This document shows, in pieces, positions 27,551 through 37,913 of a DNA stretch of 64,000 nucleotides. Numbering within the stretch: position 1 is the first letter of the stretch; each line of letters starts with the position of its first letter. Under the pieces are notes generated by a model. It did no database searches and was not told where the DNA came from. It was given only the letters and a program-made list of their open reading frames with translations. This stretch comes from Escherichia coli (GTDB lineage: Bacteria > Pseudomonadota > Gammaproteobacteria > Enterobacterales > Enterobacteriaceae): assembly GCA_031701365.1 (NCBI GenBank), contig GCA_031701365.1_4118.1, one strand, 5' to 3'. A program made the position numbers and the translations under genes.

Positions 27551-27947
27551 AATTATACAACGATGTGTTGTTGACAAACACGGGATATATGGATATCGTT
27601 TAAGTGCTCCTATTGACAAAAATAAAACAACCTATGTAAGCTATAATGCTGTACAAGGATTTGATATATTCATTAGTACTAAAGTTCAAATCAAACAAGC
27701 TAAAGATGTGTCTATGATGACTCCTGAAGAGATATTTCAATACAGCTTAGTTCTGCCTACATGTATCGATTTACAACGTCTAGGAGCGATACAGAAGGTT
27801 TTACGCGAACATAAAGTACAACCCAATAAAGTTACACACCTTCCAGAAACATTCTTCAAAACAATAGAAGTAGAAACTCCTGATTATATGTTAAGTGATG
27901 ATGAGTACTACGAGAAACACTTCCCTGGTAAAGATTGGAGAGATTGA
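27534..27947 (+). CDS. family B protein 35
   Basis: EEIFQYSLVLP. Confidence 0.6.
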   Translation: MFEMIKIIQRCVVDKHGIYGYRLSAPIDKNKTTYVSYNAVQGFDIFISTKVQIKQAKDVSMMTPEEIFQYSLVLPTCIDLQRLGAIQKVLREHKVQPNKVTHLPETFFKTIEVETPDYMLSDDEYYEKHFPGKDWRD

Positions 27948-28438
27948 TGAACCGAAAGTACAGAGAAACTATGAAGTTTGCTAGGGAGTGTTTAGAAGTG
28001 TTTGAGTTCATCAATGCTCATAAAGATTTACTCCATAGATACATTGCAATCAGTGAGACAGATGACCATAGGTACATATGTTCTCGAATTCAAGATAAGA
28101 TATATAAGATTGTGTTCTCGGAAACATACACAGATACATCTAATTCACTATATGATTTTGCACGTACTGATTACGTTTCATACAAATCTTGGTCTGATAG
28201 TATTAAAATTGTGCACAAGCAAAATACATTTTATTCTTTTCTTACGGACATTTCCGAAGAAAGTTACTTTCAAAACAGTTTAATTTATACAGAAAAAGAA
28301 CTCAAAATGTTATATATTATGTCGTACTTTAAAAAGTACTGCAAATTTAATACATTATCTTTTGAGATTTCTGCAATGAAAGTATTCATTAAAAATGTAA
28401 AAGAATTAAAGAGGGCTTTTAATGTACATAGAAAATGA
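27935..28438 (+). CDS. family B protein 36
   Basis: EESYFQNSLIYT. Confidence 0.6.
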   Translation: MERLMNRKYRETMKFARECLEVFEFINAHKDLLHRYIAISETDDHRYICSRIQDKIYKIVFSETYTDTSNSLYDFARTDYVSYKSWSDSIKIVHKQNTFYSFLTDISEESYFQNSLIYTEKELKMLYIMSYFKKYCKFNTLSFEISAMKVFIKNVKELKRAFNVHRK

Positions 28439-28964
28439 GAATGTAAAATGCATTACTGAAATTTGTATAAAATTAATGAAAATTTTCATTAACCCAAAAT
28501 ACAAAAAACGTTCATTACATCATAATATTGATGAGCATTGTACCATTAATATACTAGGTAGTATTCTTGATGTAAAATATGATGGTAGAATGTTATTTGG
28601 CATAAGAGAAGAGAAAATAGATGATGCATTCTTTTCCTGTAAAGATAAATTTGAACCTTCTGATTATAAAGTAATTATTCGTGATGATAGCATCTACATT
28701 AGTAGTGATTATTCAAATTACTTCGATAAAATATACACTGAAAACGTTGACTACCATTATGAAATGATAGATTTACCAGTAACAGACATTGATATGGAGA
28801 GAATCAAATTTTCATTATCAGATAATGAGTACTTAGGTATACAAACATATTATTCACTACAAGGAAAGATTCCACCTGCTATGTATATAAGGATTGAGAT
28901 TGGTAATGTATTCAATGATAAGGTTATATCTATTGCTGATAAAATATTGAGGGTTGAATTATGA
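28422..28964 (+). CDS. family B-like protein 37 (divergent)
   Basis: Array position and size; motif degenerate (DNEYLGIQTYYS). Confidence 0.45.
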   Translation: MYIENENVKCITEICIKLMKIFINPKYKKRSLHHNIDEHCTINILGSILDVKYDGRMLFGIREEKIDDAFFSCKDKFEPSDYKVIIRDDSIYISSDYSNYFDKIYTENVDYHYEMIDLPVTDIDMERIKFSLSDNEYLGIQTYYSLQGKIPPAMYIRIEIGNVFNDKVISIADKILRVEL

Positions 28965-29524
28965 ATATCAATGATTACCAATTTCATAGGCTTGAATTTC
29001 GTCATTGTGTTGCATTTGCAAAAACATTGATGTGCATCATTGACACTCTTTCATCCAAACAATTTCGTAAGGATAATGATTTATTTCTGAAAAAAGGTCG
29101 TGTAACATCAACCGATATCGGTATTGAACTATTTGTTGATATCAGTGTTGATACCGGAGACAGTACAAGGGTTGGTTGTATAGGTCATATTGGTACACAT
29201 TGCTTCACATGGAATCCAAATACAAGTCAAGTACGAATTGATTATAGAAATTCACGTTGGGTTGATCTTAGTACTGAATCAGATTTAGAATCAGCTATGT
29301 TCCAGCTAAGTTTAATTCACAATCCTAATGAACTTCTTTACATTATTACTTTCAGTTATCTGTTACAAAACTACAATAAACCATCAGGTTTTTTTATAGA
29401 ATCAGATATAGATGAAATTATGGAAGAGATTCCCAGTTTAAAGGATATTCTGGAAGAAAAAGATTTCTATGAAGACTTCATAGATTTATACGACATGCAC
29501 TTGGAGTTATTTAAGAATGGATAA
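28961..29524 (+). CDS. family B protein 38
   Basis: SAMFQLSLIHN. Confidence 0.6.
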   Translation: MNINDYQFHRLEFRHCVAFAKTLMCIIDTLSSKQFRKDNDLFLKKGRVTSTDIGIELFVDISVDTGDSTRVGCIGHIGTHCFTWNPNTSQVRIDYRNSRWVDLSTESDLESAMFQLSLIHNPNELLYIITFSYLLQNYNKPSGFFIESDIDEIMEEIPSLKDILEEKDFYEDFIDLYDMHLELFKNG

Positions 29525-30035
29525 AGATGATATTCTAATTAGACTAATTAATAGTTTAATAAAGTTCTCAAATAATGATGTCGATACATACAAAGTGGGG
29601 GATATTGAATTTAAATCATTTGGTATGTACGGTGAGGATAAAACATATTATGCGTCAATGAAATTTCAAGATTTTCACGAGATGTTAATATCGTTATCAT
29701 ATGAAGATGTTGATCCAAGATGGAGTTCCAGTATTTCACTATCGAGAATGGTAATTCGTAGTAAGCATCGTTATATTTCGTCAAAGAATACTCCTAACTT
29801 GATTAATATTGTGTTGAATGAAAATACAAATCCCCTATCTAAACATGATATCGTACCGTTAACCGATGAAGTTCTTTTTCAATTGAGTACCATTTGTGAT
29901 GAAGATGTGATATCATGTATGAAAATTTATGAGAAGGTTGGGAGTGATATTCCCATGAACTATTACCTAACTATAGATGGAACGTACCTTCGAGATGAGG
30001 TTCTAGCGTACATTGACAGTGTTTTACCAAAATAA
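29517..30035 (+). CDS. family B protein 39
   Basis: EVLFQLSTICD. Confidence 0.6.
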   Translation: MDKDDILIRLINSLIKFSNNDVDTYKVGDIEFKSFGMYGEDKTYYASMKFQDFHEMLISLSYEDVDPRWSSSISLSRMVIRSKHRYISSKNTPNLINIVLNENTNPLSKHDIVPLTDEVLFQLSTICDEDVISCMKIYEKVGSDIPMNYYLTIDGTYLRDEVLAYIDSVLPK

Positions 30036-30058
30036 AGACCCGTATGGGTCTTTTTGTG
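30035..30058 (+). terminator. rho-independent terminator
   Basis: AAGACCC-gtat-GGGTCTT followed by TTTTGTGTTT. Confidence 0.65.
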
Positions 30059-30122
30059 TTTATGGCTTTACAAGAGCATTCAGGTGTGTTATACTTGATT
30101 TTAACTAGAGTTGGAGGAATCT

Positions 30123-30689
30123 ATGAGTACTGAATTAATTAAAGAAGTCACATTACTTCTGAAGCATTGTTTTAAGTTCATTCCTGATACTGGCTCACGC
30201 CAGTACATTAAAGTTAATGAGAAATATAACATCAATATCCTTGTATCTGAAACTGCGAGCAGTTATGCTAACATTGAGTTGGATTCTGAAGAAAAATATA
30301 CAGTATTACAAATCATAGCAGATGTACAACGTAAACAAGATTATCGTTCTTCATTTTACAACGATTATCTGTGTGTTTGCTCAAACTTCAGTGAGAATAA
30401 AATTGTGTATAAGAATTTATACACACATGAAGTGATTGATACATATAATTATAAAATTTCATCTGATGAATACAATGTTCTAATGTTCAACGCAAACCTT
30501 TTGTATGATGCCAGTACTGTACGCTGTTTAGAGTTAGCATATAAAATTCCAAAGATCATGGAAAGAAAAGATTTGATTCACTTTAAAACTATTTTAAAAT
30601 ACAGTACAAAAGAATTAGAGGATTTAGTACAGGCTCTTAAGAATTTCATTAATGAACATGTACCTGTTAAATTCGAGGATGCACAATGA
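30123..30689 (+). CDS. family B-like protein 40 (divergent)
   Basis: GGAGG RBS, start ATG 30123; motif degenerate. Confidence 0.5.
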   Translation: MSTELIKEVTLLLKHCFKFIPDTGSRQYIKVNEKYNINILVSETASSYANIELDSEEKYTVLQIIADVQRKQDYRSSFYNDYLCVCSNFSENKIVYKNLYTHEVIDTYNYKISSDEYNVLMFNANLLYDASTVRCLELAYKIPKIMERKDLIHFKTILKYSTKELEDLVQALKNFINEHVPVKFEDAQ

Positions 30690-31270
30690 ACCATATCAGA
30701 ACTAAAATTTTGAGACTCATGCATGACATTGCAGAACTTTCAGAGATTCATGACATTACGGAAATTGTTGAATTTGATAATTATCGACTGAAAATTGAAA
30801 ACAAATCCAAACATCGTTTTGGTTCAGTTCAGTTGGATGTATATAAAACTTATGAATTTTCTAAAAAAATTAAAAGTTCATGGGATACGATTACTATGTA
30901 CATTCGCACATCCAGAAATCGTGAACGTATTGGTTCTATTTCTTCTAATATGGTATTTGCGAATGCATTACATGAAAAAATGAATAAAATTGTAGAATCT
31001 GATTTCAGTGAAGATGATGGTTTTATTGGGTTGGATGTTCCACCAGAATTAGACCAAAGTGAAGATATTCGAGATGCATTCATTTTCCAGAAATCATTGT
31101 TGGACAATTACAAAGAATTCGAGTACTTAATGCTTTGTTACGATACTGCAAAAATTCTTGATTGTGGTGAACTAGTTATGTACAATGATTTTATCAATTG
31201 CAAGACTGATGTTCTGAATACACTACTTCAAAATATAGAATCTGTTAAGGAAAAATATGAACGCTTATAG
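30686..31270 (+). CDS. family B protein 41
   Basis: DAFIFQKSLLDN. Confidence 0.6.
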   Translation: MNHIRTKILRLMHDIAELSEIHDITEIVEFDNYRLKIENKSKHRFGSVQLDVYKTYEFSKKIKSSWDTITMYIRTSRNRERIGSISSNMVFANALHEKMNKIVESDFSEDDGFIGLDVPPELDQSEDIRDAFIFQKSLLDNYKEFEYLMLCYDTAKILDCGELVMYNDFINCKTDVLNTLLQNIESVKEKYERL

Positions 31271-31838
31271 TTATATGACAGAACGCCATCAGTTATTATA
31301 TGATATCAGTAAAAAAATGCTATCAATTGTTGGTAGTGCGAAAGAAATTGAAAAACAATATCTCATCCGTGATGTATCAATTTCATCTAAATGTTGGTCA
31401 AATGAATATTACGACCACGGTATTCTTACTATTTCTGGGGCCAGAAATATTTGTATTGTAAAAAATAAAAGTAAAAGTAATGAAGAGTGTGAGATTAGAA
31501 CCGATATACAAATTAAGGATGATGGAAGTTTTTCACATCACCCATTCCATATTAGTACTGTTGGTGTTTTATATAATATTAAAGTACTATTCGGTGATGA
31601 AGAGTATGTGTTAAAAGCTATCAATCCAGATTCAAGTACAGTTGAAGAAGAACTGTTCCAGATGAGCACTGTTATACCTGAAGAGGTTCTTAGTACTGTT
31701 GTTTTTTGTAGTTTAATTTATCATGAATACAAAAAGAACCAATTCGATTTCCACATTTTAGGAACGTACATCTTCAATACTTTGAATGTTGATCGTTTAA
31801 AAGCATTAAATGCAGCAATGGATAAGGTGCTACAATGA
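31257..31838 (+). CDS. family B protein 42
   Basis: EELFQMSTVIP. Confidence 0.6.
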   Translation: MNAYSYMTERHQLLYDISKKMLSIVGSAKEIEKQYLIRDVSISSKCWSNEYYDHGILTISGARNICIVKNKSKSNEECEIRTDIQIKDDGSFSHHPFHISTVGVLYNIKVLFGDEEYVLKAINPDSSTVEEELFQMSTVIPEEVLSTVVFCSLIYHEYKKNQFDFHILGTYIFNTLNVDRLKALNAAMDKVLQ

Positions 31839-32263
31839 CAAGAGATGATTGTTTGTACATATGGGATATAATTGAAACTACACTTTCAAATCCAGAAAAT
31901 TATAAAACAAAAAAAAGACAACGACACAAAATATGGATAGATTTGTTCGTTGAGGGCATACACGCAGTGACTATTTGGGATTCACCGAGGGCATCAGCAT
32001 CTACTCTATTGGACAATGAATGCATTGATTGCATTAATTCCACTTTTCATCTCTACGGTACTACATTTTTCGGTACATTTCTGGATATTGAAAGTAAAGA
32101 TGATATTGATTCACTTGCGTTACAATACCAAGTACTGTATAATACTAAATTAATTTACGATTTAGTACTAGCTTCTTATGTGTATAAATTAATGATGAAA
32201 TATAATCATATTTCTGTTTCAGTTTATACTAAGGATATTCTTTCATTAAGAGACAAAACATGA
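31835..32263 (+). CDS. family B-like protein 43 (divergent)
   Basis: DSLALQYQVLYN variant. Confidence 0.45.
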   Translation: MTRDDCLYIWDIIETTLSNPENYKTKKRQRHKIWIDLFVEGIHAVTIWDSPRASASTLLDNECIDCINSTFHLYGTTFFGTFLDIESKDDIDSLALQYQVLYNTKLIYDLVLASYVYKLMMKYNHISVSVYTKDILSLRDKT

Positions 32264-32769
32264 GTTTATTAAATGCACGCGAATTAGTTGAGATGTATGA
32301 GATTTTGTCTTCATATAAAAATTCTCATGGAGATGTGATTCTCGACAAAAAGTTCCATGTCAGTGTTGAACATATATCAAATATAGATATGATTTCTTTG
32401 GTGGAAAGTAATAAGTCAGGTCTTGAACGCGATATCATGCGTTTGATTTATATTCCCAAACCATCATATACTAATGATAGTTCAATTAGTAATGAGACAT
32501 TTATGTATAGTCCTGGTACGGATTCTACTATAGTATCGCTGTCCAATAAATCAATGGGTACTTTCCAATTCATCTATACCAGTACTGATAACATTGAAGA
32601 AATTGAATTTCAAAACAATACATTAAGTCCATGTAGTAGTGTTATAACCTTTATGTCATATCTATGGTCAACTAAAACAAGTGCTGTTGTATATAGTTCA
32701 AATTATACACAAGATAGTATTGTTGAATCATATAAAGTTCTAAAGGAATACTATGAAAATAACAAATGA
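32260..32769 (+). CDS. family B-like protein 44
   Basis: EEIEFQNNTLSP. Confidence 0.5.
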   Translation: MSLLNARELVEMYEILSSYKNSHGDVILDKKFHVSVEHISNIDMISLVESNKSGLERDIMRLIYIPKPSYTNDSSISNETFMYSPGTDSTIVSLSNKSMGTFQFIYTSTDNIEEIEFQNNTLSPCSSVITFMSYLWSTKTSAVVYSSNYTQDSIVESYKVLKEYYENNK

Positions 32770-33334
32770 TTTTATTAAAAGTGTAGTACACCCTATGCTT
32801 AGTATTATGAAAAAAATACAGAATCTACCGGAAGATAACGATTACAAGTTTAATCGTTTTGATTCAGATGTGTTTTGTATTGAAATTGAAATTAATAACA
32901 ATCGCAATTTACATTTAAAATTCAAAGAATCGTCAAGTCCGTACTACAACTTTGATATGAATTTTAAAATAGATACTGACATTGAAGAAAACGTAATATC
33001 AAATCATACTAGCAAAAATGGTTTTATGCATAGAACTACTATGTACAATAATAAAAATAGTATTATATCTAAATGGAATCATCAATTCACTAAAATTTGT
33101 GAAATTGAATATAGTGATTTTGGTGAAGAGAATTACTTTCAGTTAAGTACAATTCATGAACTTCCACCGTATGATTATGTTAAAACATGGTTTGATATTC
33201 ATAATATAATTGATGATGCAATCAAACTTCCATTTGGTGTGTCAATATCATATACTGCTCCTAAAACATTTGTTTTTACTGAAGATATGATTATGAAAAA
33301 GATATGGGCAATTATCCCACTTATGATGGATTAA
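32753..33334 (+). CDS. family B protein 45
   Basis: ENYFQLSTIHE. Confidence 0.6.
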   Translation: MKITNDFIKSVVHPMLSIMKKIQNLPEDNDYKFNRFDSDVFCIEIEINNNRNLHLKFKESSSPYYNFDMNFKIDTDIEENVISNHTSKNGFMHRTTMYNNKNSIISKWNHQFTKICEIEYSDFGEENYFQLSTIHELPPYDYVKTWFDIHNIIDDAIKLPFGVSISYTAPKTFVFTEDMIMKKIWAIIPLMMD

Positions 33335-33339
33335 ATTCG

Positions 33340-33366
33340 TACCAGGGGTTGACTCTGGTATTTTTG
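33340..33366 (+). terminator. rho-independent terminator
   Basis: TACCAG-gggttgact-CTGGTA followed by TTTTT. Confidence 0.6.
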
Positions 33367-33395
33367 TATGATACATTGTCCTAAAGGAGAATTTT

Positions 33396-33947
33396 ATGAA
33401 CTACAATCATGATCTTTTTACATTATGTGCATCCAAATGTGTTGATGGATGGACAGATAAAATCAATACCATAATTCATCGATATCTGGTCTTTAGTTCT
33501 CGTGCTCGAAGTGAGGGGGCTATGGATTTCAAATATACACTATCTATTGATGGTGTAACTATCCATGCAGACGAAGAACGTCTGAGCATTAATTTGTATG
33601 ATTCCTGTGTATTTGCTATTCACCAAAAGATGGGGAAAGGATGGGGTTGTAATAACATTAACTCAAAAGCTATCTTTTGGGTTGGTCACCACCAGACAGT
33701 ACTTGATCCTTCAATCAAATCTAATCTTTTAACCGACAACATCGTTTATGATTTAGCGTACCCTGAAGAACTACATTTCCAGTTGAGTACATTACATAAT
33801 TTGGCACACTACGATGATTGTTATAAAACATTAGAACTATGCCATTCCCTTGATCTTAAAGATAAATTGATACAAGTTTACCCTTCATTCTTTCATGAAG
33901 AAGTACAAAGTACACTAGATCATATTTTATATGGATACGATAAATGA
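33396..33947 (+). CDS. family B protein 46
   Basis: ELHFQLSTLHN; AAAGGAG RBS. Confidence 0.6.
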   Translation: MNYNHDLFTLCASKCVDGWTDKINTIIHRYLVFSSRARSEGAMDFKYTLSIDGVTIHADEERLSINLYDSCVFAIHQKMGKGWGCNNINSKAIFWVGHHQTVLDPSIKSNLLTDNIVYDLAYPEELHFQLSTLHNLAHYDDCYKTLELCHSLDLKDKLIQVYPSFFHEEVQSTLDHILYGYDK

Positions 33948-34546
33948 GAAAAAGTTATCAAGAAGCTATTGACTTAATTCGTGAAGTTATCAAGGTGGCT
34001 CCTGCTGCTATTGAGTTCAAGAAGTCCATATACAAGAAGTATGGTCCAATGTCGAGTATGTGCTTTCAAAAGAAACGTAGTGCATATACTACACAGTACT
34101 GGAATGATTCTATCATCCTGAGCAATGAGACTCAGCGTATTTTATCTCTAGAATCTGAACCTACTGATTACGGGGAAGGGAACATTTGTGTACCTGATTA
34201 TGATGAAATTAACTTCAACTGCGGTGATTTTGAAACAACATTATTACTTCATGAGGGTTATCCAGAAGGTGATGTATTAGCTGAGTACAATCCAAAAACT
34301 AAAATTCTCAAAAGTGGAATCCAGTTCACTATTAATAACAAAGATGATGTTCAAGCAGCACTGATGCAACTGAGTACAAGTGAACCTATCACTATTAGTG
34401 TAGAAGAGTTATGGGGAATTATTTCAGTACTCAATGAGTGCTACAAAGTAAAATCATTGCGTAAACACAGCATTATATTACATACCAATATGGCAAATAT
34501 AAAATGTAAGCACATTCAAGAAATGGTGGTTCCAGATGGACTTTAA
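33944..34546 (+). CDS. family B-like protein 47 (divergent)
   Basis: AALMQLSTSEP variant. Confidence 0.5.
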   Translation: MRKSYQEAIDLIREVIKVAPAAIEFKKSIYKKYGPMSSMCFQKKRSAYTTQYWNDSIILSNETQRILSLESEPTDYGEGNICVPDYDEINFNCGDFETTLLLHEGYPEGDVLAEYNPKTKILKSGIQFTINNKDDVQAALMQLSTSEPITISVEELWGIISVLNECYKVKSLRKHSIILHTNMANIKCKHIQEMVVPDGL

Positions 34547-35120
34547 AGAAATTGAAAGTAAATTAAAGTACTTCAAAGATATCAAACTTCTTTGGAAAAA
34601 GTATAAAGTTGATTACAATTTCAGTGATGATGAGACAATAAAATACATTGAGATTAATATCAAAATCAAGTTCAAGAATAATAATTATGGTGAAGTAACC
34701 TTAAATCATACTGGTATATCACTCAAGGACTATGATGGTACAACACTCGCATATTTTGACTTCACACCAGAACCAGGTGAAACACTACTTAGTGAGATAA
34801 ATTCCTATGACATGGAAGTGTTCGGCGGGAATCCGTTACTGTTCCGACTTTCTGAAGAGTGGAGTGAAGAGTACTACACTTACAAAGATGGTGTAGTACT
34901 TGACATTCATGGAGAAGTTGTGAATGACTTGGAAGAACGTTTGTTCCAAGAATTGTGTGTTTCAAATACTTCATATGCATACAATCATATCCTTGACATG
35001 TTTGATTTATATAGTAAAATAGATGCTGAAATGAAGGCACATGGTATTCATTACCTTACAATTAACGACTATGCTCAACTCGAAACCGCTGTGAAAGCAT
35101 TGACTAAAGTACTGAAATAG
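34536..35120 (+). CDS. family B protein 48
   Basis: ERLFQELCVSN. Confidence 0.55.
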   Translation: MDFKEIESKLKYFKDIKLLWKKYKVDYNFSDDETIKYIEINIKIKFKNNNYGEVTLNHTGISLKDYDGTTLAYFDFTPEPGETLLSEINSYDMEVFGGNPLLFRLSEEWSEEYYTYKDGVVLDIHGEVVNDLEERLFQELCVSNTSYAYNHILDMFDLYSKIDAEMKAHGIHYLTINDYAQLETAVKALTKVLK

Positions 35121-35129
35121 GAATGAAAT

Positions 35130-35543
35130 ATGAAACTGTATCATGCGAGTACTGTAAAAATTGATAACTTTTATATCCCGTATGGTGGTCTTCATATGGG
35201 AGGTAAACACAGTGCTTTGGAAGCTGCATTACGCAAGCTGAGAAGCCCACTGAACGTAGTAGACGCATGTACAGTATACTTGCATACCTTAGAAGTTGAT
35301 GTTGATAACGTGCTTCTGTGTGAAGATTTAGGCAGTGATGATGAGTGGCGTTCACTTATTGAGAATTGCACTGCTCAAGGTTATGATGCTGTTCAGTACA
35401 AAAATGACTACGAGCCTGATAATGTTCCTAGTTATATGATTTGGGATGCATCTAAAGTTCGCATCATTGAAGTTGATGCTATGCATATGGATGAAGCTGA
35501 AATAATTATCGAAGATTTTCTTGATGAATATGAAGGTGTATAA
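35130..35543 (+). CDS. hypothetical protein (not family B)
   Basis: 137-aa ORF MKLYHASTVKID..., acidic C-terminus; no family motif. Confidence 0.55.
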   Translation: MKLYHASTVKIDNFYIPYGGLHMGGKHSALEAALRKLRSPLNVVDACTVYLHTLEVDVDNVLLCEDLGSDDEWRSLIENCTAQGYDAVQYKNDYEPDNVPSYMIWDASKVRIIEVDAMHMDEAEIIIEDFLDEYEGV

Positions 35544-36079
35544 TGACTGACCCGATGGTAGCACTGGCACGTACTAAGTTACTATTAAAGATTGGTGAGA
35601 TTTTTACGGTTCTTCTGTCCAATAATATTGATATTACTGAGCTAGATATTAAGCAACCGTGGGAAGTGACTATGTTCTCGGCGTTCCACCGATTGTCATA
35701 TAAAGGTGAAAGTGTTCTTGATTTTAACCCTAAAGCAAAATTCATAGATTATGCTGCGTTGTACAGAGAGTTGCACCGAAATATTTATTCCGGTTGTATA
35801 ACCAATAACTTCAAAGAAATTAAAGTTCAAACTGCATCACATGAGTTCAATGATTTACTTTATCCAGAATTTAATCTAACTGAAGAATTACTCTTTCAGT
35901 ACTCGTTAATTCTCACAAATCTCGAAACGTTAGAGTACTACAAAGAGTTAGTAGATATTTTTATGAATACACGACTTTCAAAAGATATTGTGATATTCTG
36001 GTATACAGAGCATGTTACGGAGGAATTGCTTACTGAATTTCTTCTAAATATGACAGCTATAAAGGAGAAGTTATGTTAG
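35543..36079 (+). CDS. family B protein 49
   Basis: ELLFQYSLILT. Confidence 0.6.
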   Translation: MTDPMVALARTKLLLKIGEIFTVLLSNNIDITELDIKQPWEVTMFSAFHRLSYKGESVLDFNPKAKFIDYAALYRELHRNIYSGCITNNFKEIKVQTASHEFNDLLYPEFNLTEELLFQYSLILTNLETLEYYKELVDIFMNTRLSKDIVIFWYTEHVTEELLTEFLLNMTAIKEKLC

Positions 36080-36546
36080 ATATTTTAGGAAACATTGATA
36101 CTGCAAATTATTTTATCCAGGACGCACTGTTCAATACAGTTCAACATGGATTAGAAGTTCGTCATAACGTTTACCAAGGTGATGGTTATTTCGTTGATAT
36201 TGTTGAGGCACGAAAGAATACGTTTAATGTTAACATTACAACACTGGGTAGACAGAACATTGCACGAATTTTAGTAAGTAAAGATGAAATTGTATTGAGA
36301 TACAGTGCTAAGTTTATGTTGACTTATAAGAAAAAAACTGATATGTTCAGTACTAATTTATTTGATGAGCCATTTGACCTTGAAGATATTGAAGCTACTT
36401 TCTTTACTCAAAGTACTATGGTAAAATACACTGATGTTCAATTTTCTGCTGATGTAATGTCAGAAACATTACAAATGATCAAGGTATTATTTTATGCATT
36501 TGAGCAATTTAGAGAAGAAAGAAACAAGGTTAACAACCACAGATGA
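36073..36546 (+). CDS. family B-like protein 50
   Basis: EATFFTQSTMVK variant. Confidence 0.5.
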   Translation: MLDILGNIDTANYFIQDALFNTVQHGLEVRHNVYQGDGYFVDIVEARKNTFNVNITTLGRQNIARILVSKDEIVLRYSAKFMLTYKKKTDMFSTNLFDEPFDLEDIEATFFTQSTMVKYTDVQFSADVMSETLQMIKVLFYAFEQFREERNKVNNHR

Positions 36547-36907
36547 ACTAATAGAGGCGATCACTAAGGAGTCAAAATACCACAAAGGGATTCGTCTATA
36601 TTTTATAGATATTGGTTCAATGGAAGGCATATACATTTATGGTTCACAATCTTTATCTTATGATGTAATGCCAAAAAAACATGTAAAAATCTTTTTAGGT
36701 TCAGATAAAAAAACTTTCTTGACAATTAATGATAAAAACGTTATTATGAATTCGTTGGGTCATGATAAGGTGGAAATTGATCTAAACACACTGGAGGATA
36801 TTGATTTTTTTCAATACGAGTGTTTAGGTGTTGACTTACATGGCATTAGTAGCGATATGATAAAATCATTAATCAAATATTTCGAAGGTGTTCATAAATG
36901 TATCTAA
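36494..36907 (+). CDS. family B-like protein 51
   Basis: DIDFFQYECLGVD; start uncertain. Confidence 0.45.
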   Translation: MHLSNLEKKETRLTTTDELIEAITKESKYHKGIRLYFIDIGSMEGIYIYGSQSLSYDVMPKKHVKIFLGSDKKTFLTINDKNVIMNSLGHDKVEIDLNTLEDIDFFQYECLGVDLHGISSDMIKSLIKYFEGVHKCI

Positions 36908-37395
36908 CTAAATCAATGAAAAATTCATTTGATAAAATCAAGAGTTGTCTTGATGGGGAAAATATTACAAGTGTTACACAAACTGCTGACCAAATTCAAA
37001 GCAGTTCAAGTGATTGTACTGTTATTTTAGGTTTACATAGTCTACGTTTATCAATAGTAAATAATATTGACAACACTGCTATTGTAATCACACCATGCAA
37101 TATTCAAAATGAGAATGGTGTATATCTTCATCACATGGGAACAGTATTTCATATTTTCAATACAAACGAAAACATTGTTAAGGAATACAAATCTCTTAAT
37201 ATTGATTCAGGTGAATTATTTCAAATGAGTACTTTGTACTCATGTAATTTCACAGATACTTCATGCATTTTGCCATTTTTCTTGGAAATTATTAAGAAAA
37301 TGGAAAATTTAAAACGTGAATACAATAAAGAAATGGTTCCTGAAGCTATATTAAATATTACTAATGCTATAGAGAAGTATAATGCAGTGACTTAA
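36898..37395 (+). CDS. family B protein 52
   Basis: GELFQMSTLYS. Confidence 0.6.
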   Translation: MYLTKSMKNSFDKIKSCLDGENITSVTQTADQIQSSSSDCTVILGLHSLRLSIVNNIDNTAIVITPCNIQNENGVYLHHMGTVFHIFNTNENIVKEYKSLNIDSGELFQMSTLYSCNFTDTSCILPFFLEIIKKMENLKREYNKEMVPEAILNITNAIEKYNAVT

Positions 37396-37437
37396 TAAAA
37401 ACGCACATGGAGTGCATTAGAAGATCAAGGATAGATC

Positions 37438-37911
37438 ATGGAGATTAAAACTGTTGAAAATGGGAAAATTGATGACATTTTAGAGTTGGACGCATTCAAA
37501 GTTCATGATATAATGTTTAATGTGAAGGACATTATTCAATGTCTATTTTTGTGTAGCAAGACAATGCATGATTTTTTTCACAACCCAAATACTAACGTTT
37601 TTATACTAACAATCAGTACTGAAAACTCGTTTATCATGGGTATGCCTATGAGTACAAATGAACAATATATTGATTGTGTTATTCGTAATAACGATAGTAT
37701 TACGCCACAATCTGAAGTACGTAAAAAGAAAAACACCTACACAATCAAAGATGATAAAATTATGATGTGCTGTAGTAAAGGGTTTATATTAGATAATTTT
37801 ATCGTCAAAGACAGTTATCACGACTTTAAAGTGTCTGAAAATCAATCCAATGTAGTTCTTTATGCGAGTGACATAGAAAGTCTAACAGTTAAAGATCCCA
37901 GTTTGGAGTAA
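37438..37911 (+). CDS. hypothetical protein
   Basis: 157-aa ORF with GGA RBS. Confidence 0.55.
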   Translation: MEIKTVENGKIDDILELDAFKVHDIMFNVKDIIQCLFLCSKTMHDFFHNPNTNVFILTISTENSFIMGMPMSTNEQYIDCVIRNNDSITPQSEVRKKKNTYTIKDDKIMMCCSKGFILDNFIVKDSYHDFKVSENQSNVVLYASDIESLTVKDPSLE

Positions 37912-37913
37912 GT

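Noticed and set aside
35130-35543. Possible 2H phosphoesterase or ADP-ribosyltransferase assignment for the MKLYHAST protein
   Set aside because: Only one H-x-S/T-like element is present and no second motif or R-S-E triad could be placed; kept as hypothetical.
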